Below, piece after piece: positions 56,598-64,000 of a stretch of DNA of 64,000 nucleotides. The notes beneath the pieces were generated by a model. The model was not told where the DNA came from. It did not search any database and was given only the letters and a program-made list of their open reading frames with translations. The stretch covers positions 3,296,001 to 3,360,000 of the forward strand of contig CAXXMD010000003.1 in the NCBI GenBank assembly GCA_963675755.2, given 5' to 3'. Origin of the DNA: a bacterium (GTDB taxonomy: Bacteria > Zhuqueibacterota > Zhuqueibacteria > Residuimicrobiales > Krinioviventaceae). Made by a program: the position numbers and the translations under genes. Position 1 is the first letter of the stretch. Each line of letters opens with the position of its first letter.

Positions 56598-59534
56598 CTA
56601 TTTTACATGAAAAAGAGCCGAAGCAGGGATTTCCTGTTTAGGAATTCCCGGGCCTTGCCAGCTTACCTGGTTTGAAAATCCACCAGCCATTTGAAAATAT
56701 CGTTGAGAAATTTTATATTTTCCCTTTTTGAGCGCAATAGTTTTTGATACTTCGTACGCCGGATGGCCGCCATCTGTGTTGATGAATTCTTTATCATCCA
56801 TGTAAAGAATGCTGCCATCATTGGTTTTGTTATATATTGTATAAATACCGTCTTTGGGTATTGCAAGATAGCCTGTATATATATAACCAAAATTTTCATC
56901 TCTGCGGCGATTTTTAATGTTAAAATTCCTGGTTATACCGGATTTAATGGGTTTGGCTTTTAACAGTTCTTTAGCAAACATTACCTCGGCTTCAATATAT
57001 TGATACTCTAGCCCGGGTTTTAAATCTTTGCCAGAATAATTCGTAAAAGGTTCAAAGTCGAGTTTTGTTATGGTTTCGGCTACCGGCATGCTGTTCAAGA
57101 GTCCCTGATTTGCGGCCATAAACCGAACGGTACTGGTCTTGTTGATTTTAAAGGGACCTTTGTACAGGGTTGATTGCTCAGTTGGTTCTGAACCATCAAG
57201 GGTGTAATAGATTTGTGCATTTTCTGTATCGCAAAATAATTTAATTTCTGATGTTTCCAGAAAATAGCGTTTATCTGTCCGTAAATAGGGTACTGCTGTT
57301 GCCGGAATGAATTCCTGAGAGAGGGGGCGGTCCTTTTTTGAGGCTCCCCAGTTCTTGTTGGGTTCTGCACCCATTTGGAAAACAAATTGACCACCATTAA
57401 CGATTACACTGTGGTTGAACCATGATTTTGTATAAGATTCACCATTCAAGGTAACAGACTGGATGTATTTATTCTGGGGGGATATATTTTCGGCGCGCAC
57501 AATAAAATCTTTGCCGTTTTCCAGATGTACTGTAACCTGTTCAAACAGTGGACTGCCGATGATATAGGTAGCATCACCTGGATTTACAGAATAGAATCCC
57601 ATTGCGCTGAGTATATACCATGCTGACATTTGACCACAGTCTTCATTTCCTTCCATACCATAGGGTTGGTCGTTGTACATGGTATCCAGAATTTCACGAA
57701 CAATTGCCTGGGTTTTATAAGCTGCACCCGCATAGTTGTATAGATAAGCCATGTGATGGCTGGGTTCGTTACCATGGGCGTATTGTCCAATGAGCCCTGT
57801 TGCGTCAACGGCATGTTCATCGTGTTTGGATGTTGTTGTAAACATGGTATCCATCCAATTGATGAATGCCTTGTCCCCACCAATCAGTTTGATCAATCCA
57901 TTTACATCATGTGGTGCAAATAAAGAGTATTGATAAGAATTGCCCTCTACAAAGTGTTCACTGCCTTCTGCAGGATCAAAAGGAGTTACCCAGGATCTGT
58001 CTGTGTTTTTGGGAGCCATGAAACCAATTTTCTGATTGAACTGGTTTTTGTAAAACTGTGCACGCTGCTGGTAGAGGAGGAAATCCTGCTTTTTACCCAG
58101 CAATCTTGCCATTTCAGCCAGACACCAGTCATTGTATGCATATTCCATAACTTTGGAGACCGAACCGCCTTCTTTATCAGCGGGTATAAATCCATATGTT
58201 GTATAATTGCCAAGCTCAGCGACTTCGTTTTTCATGGCCTTGTATGCCAGTTCTACATCATAATCCCGAATGCCTTTTTGGTATGCATCGAGGATCATGG
58301 GCAGGGAGTGATGACCAATCATAGAACCCGAATAGTTGCCCCAAATTTCCCAACGGGCCAACCGGTTACGTTTTTTGTACATTTCTAATGAAGTTTTGAT
58401 AAAGTCGTTCATTCGGGAGGGTTCAAGTATGGTGTAAAGCGGCATATTGGCGCGGAATACATCCCATAGCGAATAGACGGTATAGCGGGTAAAATCTTTT
58501 GCTGTATGCACCTCCAGGTCAACTCCGCGATATTGTCCGTCAACATCCATAAACAGATTGGGGGCCAAAGCCGAGTGATACAATGCAGTATAAAAGATGC
58601 GTTTTTGTTTTTCAGTACCGCCCTGTACATCGATTTTGGCGAGATGCTGTTTCCATGCATCTTTAGCATTTTTACGAATGTTTTCAAAATCCCATTTTTT
58701 GTTTTCTTTTTCAAGGTTCTTTTTAGCACCCTCTATACTAACCGCAGAAATACCCACTTTGGCAAGAATTTGTTCGTCATTGTCTGTGGTATAACTGATA
58801 AAAGCTTTAATGTTTTCGCCCTCTGCTTCTTTGATATTAGGGACAAGGGTGTCATTTACAGCAATACCAAAGGATTTGAAAGGTTTGGAGAATTTAGCAT
58901 AGAAATATACATGCTGGTCTTCTACCCATCGGATAGATCTGCGCATGCCCGCAATTTCTGTGTCGCTGATGATCTGTATAGATGAGGCAATTACGCGATC
59001 ACGATTTTTGAGATCAATAATGATATTTGCATTGTCAGATTGGGGAAAGGTATAACGATGAAAGCCCGTTCTTTTTGTTGCAGTGAGTTCTGCAAAGACA
59101 TTGTAATCATCCAATTTTACGCTGTAATATCCGGGGGAAGCGGTTTCATTCTCGTGACTAAAGGCCGAACGGTATCCGGTTTTGCTGTTTTCTTCATCAC
59201 CAACCAAAACGTTTACCTGACCGATTGTGGGCATAAATAACACATCGCAATATTCCGGTGCACCGGTTCCGCTGAGATGGGTGTGGCTGAAACCCATGAT
59301 TGTACTGTCTGAATAGTGGTAACCGGATGATCCATCCCAGTTTTCCATACGGGTATCTGGTGAAAGCTGTACCATACCAAAAGGTACCACTGCACCGGGA
59401 TAAGTGTGGCCGTGTCCGCCGGTCCCGATAAAGGGATCAACATACCCTGTATAATCAATAGTGTTTTTTTGATTCGAGCCGCATGCTAAAAATAGAGTCG
59501 CGAGCAGAAAAAGCATTCCGATTGATCTTTTCAT
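56598..59534 (-). CDS. GH92 alpha-mannosidase lipoprotein with C-terminal Fn3-like and PA14 domains
   Basis: VDPFIGTGG.GHTYPGA, FSHTHLSG.G, EGN, HGNEPSHH, GNEDCGQMSAW; IYYTLDGSEP. Confidence 0.93.
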   Translation of the reverse strand: MKRSIGMLFLLATLFLACGSNQKNTIDYTGYVDPFIGTGGHGHTYPGAVVPFGMVQLSPDTRMENWDGSSGYHYSDSTIMGFSHTHLSGTGAPEYCDVLFMPTIGQVNVLVGDEENSKTGYRSAFSHENETASPGYYSVKLDDYNVFAELTATKRTGFHRYTFPQSDNANIIIDLKNRDRVIASSIQIISDTEIAGMRRSIRWVEDQHVYFYAKFSKPFKSFGIAVNDTLVPNIKEAEGENIKAFISYTTDNDEQILAKVGISAVSIEGAKKNLEKENKKWDFENIRKNAKDAWKQHLAKIDVQGGTEKQKRIFYTALYHSALAPNLFMDVDGQYRGVDLEVHTAKDFTRYTVYSLWDVFRANMPLYTILEPSRMNDFIKTSLEMYKKRNRLARWEIWGNYSGSMIGHHSLPMILDAYQKGIRDYDVELAYKAMKNEVAELGNYTTYGFIPADKEGGSVSKVMEYAYNDWCLAEMARLLGKKQDFLLYQQRAQFYKNQFNQKIGFMAPKNTDRSWVTPFDPAEGSEHFVEGNSYQYSLFAPHDVNGLIKLIGGDKAFINWMDTMFTTTSKHDEHAVDATGLIGQYAHGNEPSHHMAYLYNYAGAAYKTQAIVREILDTMYNDQPYGMEGNEDCGQMSAWYILSAMGFYSVNPGDATYIIGSPLFEQVTVHLENGKDFIVRAENISPQNKYIQSVTLNGESYTKSWFNHSVIVNGGQFVFQMGAEPNKNWGASKKDRPLSQEFIPATAVPYLRTDKRYFLETSEIKLFCDTENAQIYYTLDGSEPTEQSTLYKGPFKINKTSTVRFMAANQGLLNSMPVAETITKLDFEPFTNYSGKDLKPGLEYQYIEAEVMFAKELLKAKPIKSGITRNFNIKNRRRDENFGYIYTGYLAIPKDGIYTIYNKTNDGSILYMDDKEFINTDGGHPAYEVSKTIALKKGKYKISQRYFQMAGGFSNQVSWQGPGIPKQEIPASALFHVK

Positions 59535-59606
59535 AAAACTGAATTCCTAATGTTTTGGTGAATTTGCCGGCACATAATTAGGGGATATTTGAAAACTAGA
59601 AAATTA

Positions 59607-59635
59607 AATATAATATTGTTTTTATACAATGTCAA
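59607..59635 (-). promoter_or_regulatory. Sigma70 promoter of the GH92 gene with a palindrome in the spacer
   Basis: TTGACA-N17-TATATT; ATTGT-N6-ACAAT at 59615-59630. Confidence 0.7.
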
Positions 59636-59690
59636 TGTTTTTGAAATATGGGTAAAATTGACGTGAGAGCAATTGTTGTTTACAAGAACG

Positions 59691-59954
59691 CTAGAGATAG
59701 AAAAGAATGATTAGTGCAGTGGTACCCAATACTGCTGTTGACCAATACCAGGGAGTGCAGATCTTTTTATCTTTGTATTTGTTCATTAGAGATTCATAGA
59801 CAGCCGCGATTAAGGGGGGAATTGCCAATACCAGGTTGTGCATGGGTTCTGCCAGTACACGTTTGGATACCCAGGCCAAAATGATAATACTGATACCTGT
59901 TGCCAGTGCGATTTGAATGTGTGGTGAAAGAAAAAAATCTTTTATTTTTGACAT
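59691..59954 (-). CDS. Small three-TM membrane protein
   Basis: 87 aa, three hydrophobic helices, fills the gap after E1 beta. Confidence 0.7.
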   Translation of the reverse strand: MSKIKDFFLSPHIQIALATGISIIILAWVSKRVLAEPMHNLVLAIPPLIAAVYESLMNKYKDKKICTPWYWSTAVLGTTALIILFYL

Positions 59955-59985
59955 TTTTTTGTTCCCAAATGAATTTTGATGATTA

Positions 59986-60993
59986 CTAGATCAGTTTCAA
60001 TGCACTTGAAATAATACGTTTTGTATTTGGCAGAACCTGATCTTCCAGATGCCTTGCATAGGGGATGGTGGATTGAGTACAAACCCGTGCATATGTACAG
60101 TTTATCCCGGCTTCCATTATGATTGCTGACAACTCTCCGGATAGACCAAAGGTCTCATAATCTTCATCAACAACCAGCATCCGGCCTGTTTTTTTAACAG
60201 ATTCAATAATAGTTTGTTTGTCCAAAGGAGATACTGACCTTAGGTCAATGACTTCTGCTGAAACTCCTTTGGTTTCCAGTTCATTTGCAGCTTCTTCAGC
60301 ACGATGAACTCCAACACCAAGGCTGATAATGGATATATCATTGCCTTTGCGACGAATTGCTGCCTCGCCAATTGGCAAGGGCTCCCATATTTTTGGCACC
60401 TTACCCCTGGCGCCTTTTTCAGGGATGTCGTATTGCACTGTTTTTCTTCCACCTGATCCCAGAAATTCTAACCAGCTTTCTGAAAGCAGCTTGTGCTCCA
60501 GGAATATTACGGGACCCTCGTATTCAATTGCGGCTAACATGAGCGCACCGGCATCAGCAGGAGTGGATGGGACCAGTATTGTCAATCCGGGAATATGAGC
60601 CAGCCATCCCCATAAAGATTGTTCATGTTGTCCGCCATCTCCATAACCACCTCCGCAGGGTACCCTGACAACAAGTGGAACCGTCCAGAGTCCCCCTGAA
60701 AATGTTTCCACTTTGGCAGCATGGTTCAAGAGTGCGTCTATACACACACCCATGAAATCAACCATATATATTTCAACTACCGGTCGTAATCCCGCCATTG
60801 CTGCAGTGACGCCTGCACCAAGAAATGCGCTTTCACTTACAGGCGTTGCGAGTATACGTTTGGGGCCAAACCGTACAAGTAAATTACGGCGTAATAATGG
60901 AACATCTTCACCAAATACAATGATACGAGAGTCTTTTGCCATCGCTTGTGCCAGGGCATCGTCAATTGCCTGGGTGAATTCCATTGTCTTCAT
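59986..60993 (-). CDS. 2-oxoacid/acetoin dehydrogenase E1 beta-like subunit (divergent)
   Basis: GEDV, TPVSE, GLRPVVEI, QH.Q, IDLRSVSPLD, KKTGR. Confidence 0.88.
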   Translation of the reverse strand: MKTMEFTQAIDDALAQAMAKDSRIIVFGEDVPLLRRNLLVRFGPKRILATPVSESAFLGAGVTAAMAGLRPVVEIYMVDFMGVCIDALLNHAAKVETFSGGLWTVPLVVRVPCGGGYGDGGQHEQSLWGWLAHIPGLTILVPSTPADAGALMLAAIEYEGPVIFLEHKLLSESWLEFLGSGGRKTVQYDIPEKGARGKVPKIWEPLPIGEAAIRRKGNDISIISLGVGVHRAEEAANELETKGVSAEVIDLRSVSPLDKQTIIESVKKTGRMLVVDEDYETFGLSGELSAIIMEAGINCTYARVCTQSTIPYARHLEDQVLPNTKRIISSALKLI

Positions 60994-62015
60994 GCTGGTA
61001 CCTCCAGCAAGGCATCTTTAACGATTTGTTTGATTTCTGATTCTATCCGGGTTTCAATGTCTGTGAGGTTTTTAATATCTTTTAATTGTTTACGTAACAG
61101 GGGGATAGGATCGTTTTTGTGATGCTGCCGGGGATCTTGGAGTGTACTCGTAACTGCAGAAAGAATGTTTTTTAATCCTGATAATCTGTTCTTAAATTCT
61201 GCTCCACCCGGTTTTAGTATTGATGCGGTTAAAGGGGATGCAAGTTCCGGTATTTCTTTTAGAGGCTTTCTGACAATTTTCAATAACTGAAATCCTAAAA
61301 AGTGTCCTTCCAGGTGTACGCAATTCGCAAGTATGAATGAGGGACCTTTACCTTCGCGGGCATTCTGTATGGCTGGTTTTATATTTTCCCATACATCTGT
61401 TATGTCTGTACCATTAACCTGAATGACCGGAATGCCAAAGCTCTGTACCCGTTCTTGCAATGTGCCACCGGTTTGAGAATCGGACTTTGTTGTAATAGCC
61501 CAGTTGTCGTCTTTGCAGATAAAAAGTATGGGTAATTTCCATACAGATGCAAGATTCAGTGATTCCATCATCATCCCCTGGTTCACGGAACCATCACCAA
61601 AAAATGAAACTGCAATTGATCCGGGATTCAAGTATTGCGCTGCAAGGGCAAAACCTATACCTGCGGGACCCGATGCGCCAACAATGCCTGAAGATGCTGC
61701 CAGATGTGGTTTGGAAAATAAATGCATGTGTCCCCCCATACCTTTGCACAAACCCTTGGGGTGACCCAATAGTTCTAAAAGAATGAGCCTGGGATCAACT
61801 CCCCGCATTAACAGAGCCGCAGTTCCCCTGTGATCAAGAGCCATAGCATCACCCTCGCGTAAATGATCTGTTACGCCTGCAATGATAGCTTCTTCACCTG
61901 TTCCAAGATGCATCTCTCCGGAGATTAAACCATCATCCCAAAGTTTAGCTATAGCCAGTTCAAATAAACGACTTTTCAACATTAATGTATACAAAGACAA
62001 CAAGTCGGGTTTCAT
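60990..62015 (-). CDS. 2-oxoacid/acetoin dehydrogenase E1 alpha-like subunit (divergent)
   Basis: HLGTGEEA, GMGGHMH, GIVG, FFGDG..NQG; ATGA overlap with beta. Confidence 0.88.
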   Translation of the reverse strand: MKPDLLSLYTLMLKSRLFELAIAKLWDDGLISGEMHLGTGEEAIIAGVTDHLREGDAMALDHRGTAALLMRGVDPRLILLELLGHPKGLCKGMGGHMHLFSKPHLAASSGIVGASGPAGIGFALAAQYLNPGSIAVSFFGDGSVNQGMMMESLNLASVWKLPILFICKDDNWAITTKSDSQTGGTLQERVQSFGIPVIQVNGTDITDVWENIKPAIQNAREGKGPSFILANCVHLEGHFLGFQLLKIVRKPLKEIPELASPLTASILKPGGAEFKNRLSGLKNILSAVTSTLQDPRQHHKNDPIPLLRKQLKDIKNLTDIETRIESEIKQIVKDALLEVPA

Positions 62016-62086
62016 AATGCCTCCGAAATTTTGTCTGTTTAATAATTATCTAATATTAAACGATACCGTTACTAAATTATACAATT

Positions 62087-63451
62087 CTATTTTAATTCCA
62101 GTTTCAGTGCGTCATCATATATAATTAGCAGCCAGTCGTTACCTCTGCCGTTTGTGGGGGGCGTAAAGGATTGAATGCCTTTGGTGTCGGGTCTGTGGAC
62201 TTCGGCAAAGGTGCCATAACGCGGGTCCCACCAGACTTCGTGGTTGCGATCTCCGCTGATCCGGCTCTTGTCTACGGTAAATTTTTCTCCATAAGGAGAA
62301 TAGATCAATGCTATGGAGCCGTCTGCTGCAACTGCCGCTCTGATCTTTGCACCGCCATAGGTGGGGCCATCAAGAATAAAGTCTTGTGCCGGTACCAGTG
62401 TTTCAAAAGGGATAGAGTTGTACAGTTTTGCCAGGTGACCCATCTGAAACGAACCGGGATGATGGATCGCTTCATTCCAGGGCACATTGGGGAAAATGGC
62501 GCCTTCACGGTCTTTTGTCCACATTTGCCAGATGTTATTGTTGCCATATGTATGGCCGCAGGCACCTGCCAGCAGTGACCAGTAAGCAGCCTGACGGCTG
62601 TCAAAGTCGTCAATTCGATCTTTGGGGTCCATGTTTTTGAAATAAAAACCGGTAGGCATGGTTTCGTAGCGAGGCTCACCATCCAGTGTGGGTTTGGGAG
62701 GCGTTAATGCATAGTCATGCTCGGCAAACAAGCCGTTGTCATGATCGTGCGCGCCGTGTGATGATTGCACCATGTTGAAATCGAGCCAGTCCGCATTGTG
62801 GAAATAGTCCGATGACAAGCCGGGGCCGCGGGGATGAAATGTGATCAGATGCGCACCGCCGTCACCTTTTTTTAATCCCAATGCCATAGATTCAATAATA
62901 TCAATTTCGGTTTGAGTATGGGGATTGGTATCTCCACCCAATATCCAGATGATGGGTTTATCTTTATAGCGTTTACCCAAATACTGGCCAAAGGAATAGG
63001 CATTGTCTTTGTCGAAAATTTTACTGTCGCCGCTTTCAGTCCAGTAACTGCCCCAGGTGGGCAGCATTCCGATATAAAGTCCCAACTCTTCAGCCTTGTT
63101 GACGATATAATCCACATGCTTGAAATAACCTTCCAGCGGCTGGCTGGGGTCCTGGTCTTTTAACGGAAAATCTCCATAGGGATTGGGCTCTTTCATACCA
63201 TTCACCTGCGACAACACCACACCCTGTATGACGGTAAAGCCCTTGTTGGCGCGGTCGGTCAGGTACAGATCTGCTTCTTCACGATTTAAGCGATGGAACA
63301 GTTCCCAGGCCGTGTCGCCGAGATAAAAGAACGGAGTACCATCAGAATATTGCAGATATCTGCCATCCTCACTAACTTTTAGCGTTTTGGATATGCTGGT
63401 TGAAGAAATAAAAAGAATTGAAATCAGTAGAAAATAAAGAAAACGTTTCAT
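62087..63451 (-). CDS. DUF4038 / GH140-like glycoside hydrolase with C-terminal collagen-binding-like domain
   Basis: PFFYLGDTAWEL, WILGGD, TFHP, DGEPRYE, WWDPR.G. Start moved to MKRFLY after GAGGG. Confidence 0.88.
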   Translation of the reverse strand: MKRFLYFLLISILFISSTSISKTLKVSEDGRYLQYSDGTPFFYLGDTAWELFHRLNREEADLYLTDRANKGFTVIQGVVLSQVNGMKEPNPYGDFPLKDQDPSQPLEGYFKHVDYIVNKAEELGLYIGMLPTWGSYWTESGDSKIFDKDNAYSFGQYLGKRYKDKPIIWILGGDTNPHTQTEIDIIESMALGLKKGDGGAHLITFHPRGPGLSSDYFHNADWLDFNMVQSSHGAHDHDNGLFAEHDYALTPPKPTLDGEPRYETMPTGFYFKNMDPKDRIDDFDSRQAAYWSLLAGACGHTYGNNNIWQMWTKDREGAIFPNVPWNEAIHHPGSFQMGHLAKLYNSIPFETLVPAQDFILDGPTYGGAKIRAAVAADGSIALIYSPYGEKFTVDKSRISGDRNHEVWWDPRYGTFAEVHRPDTKGIQSFTPPTNGRGNDWLLIIYDDALKLELK

Positions 63452-63533
63452 TTGATCACCCTCTATTATTATGAATCTTATAATAACACAAATCAGGATG
63501 AAATAATCAATAGAAATATAAGACGGGAAAGAG

Positions 63534-63565
63534 AAAAAAATGGTGCGCAAGCGCGCACCATTTTT
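63534..63565 (-). terminator. Rho-independent terminator of the USP gene
   Basis: AAAAATGGTGCGC-aagc-GCGCACCATTTTT. Confidence 0.85.
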
Positions 63566-63575
63566 AAAAATAATA

Positions 63576-63992
63576 TCAGTCGATAGTTACAACAAGGATG
63601 GGGCAGGAGACCAGGTCAGATACACGTTCATCAACAGAGTCTGTAATGACTGCTTTGATTTGGCTTTTGGATTTGTGGCCGATGATCAGCATATCGTATC
63701 CTTTTGCTGCTTCGGCTATAGAGTTTGCATATTCATCACTTTCAACGATGCTGATAGCAATGTTTTTTGCCAATTCGGGTTGACCGGCTTTTTCGATCAG
63801 TTCACGCAGGTCTTTTTCTTCAACCAGTGGCAGTCCGTCCATCATCATATGGGCTTTGCCGGCAGCAGGATCGTTGATATGGAATGCAGACAGTTCCGAG
63901 CCCAGTGCGTCTGCAATTTTTACGGCTTCATTAACAATTGCGGTTTCTTTTTCAATACCTTCCAGAGCTATTAAAATCTTTTTATAAGGCAT
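63576..63992 (-). CDS. Universal stress protein (UspA family)
   Basis: YKKILIAL, DMLIIGH, SV.ERV....CPILVV. Confidence 0.88.
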   Translation of the reverse strand: MPYKKILIALEGIEKETAIVNEAVKIADALGSELSAFHINDPAAGKAHMMMDGLPLVEEKDLRELIEKAGQPELAKNIAISIVESDEYANSIAEAAKGYDMLIIGHKSKSQIKAVITDSVDERVSDLVSCPILVVTID

Positions 63993-64000
63993 TTGGGGTC

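Noticed and set aside
63452-63550. N-terminal extension of the DUF4038 ORF
   Set aside because: It starts inside the USP terminator; the RBS and signal peptide point to 63451.

Overview
A 64-kb bacterial chromosomal segment, probably from an FCB-related lineage such as KSB1 or Calditrichota. That assignment is inferred from a PorV-family gene beside a TonB-dependent receptor, a T9SS-type C-terminal sorting domain and many exported glycan enzymes. All genes from 1 to 46148 are on the + strand and all from 46230 to the end are on the - strand. The main content is a TonB receptor/PorV/NHL-lipoprotein cassette; a 10-gene haem operon (hemX-A-C-D-E-N-H-Y-B-L); two hsp20 genes behind a sigma54-type enhancer/IHF/promoter, followed by a short J-domain gene; several CAZymes (GH38, GH92, GH140-like, beta-helix, DUF1080); an envelope-stress block (amidase, Pcm, double PspC, LiaF-like, MscS); and a divergent ThDP-dependent E1 alpha/beta pair with no E2/E3. 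I found no rRNA, tRNA, CRISPR array or transposase. The most unusual signal is non-coding: a dispersed family of 101-118 bp REPIN-like elements built from GATY-hairpin-GGRATA arms, with nine arms at two loci 13 kb apart and compensatory base changes in the stems, mixed with several other palindrome families. There is also a candidate ~75-nt sRNA at 51930-52002 with its own promoter, operator and terminator. All calls are from reading the sequence; no searches were run.
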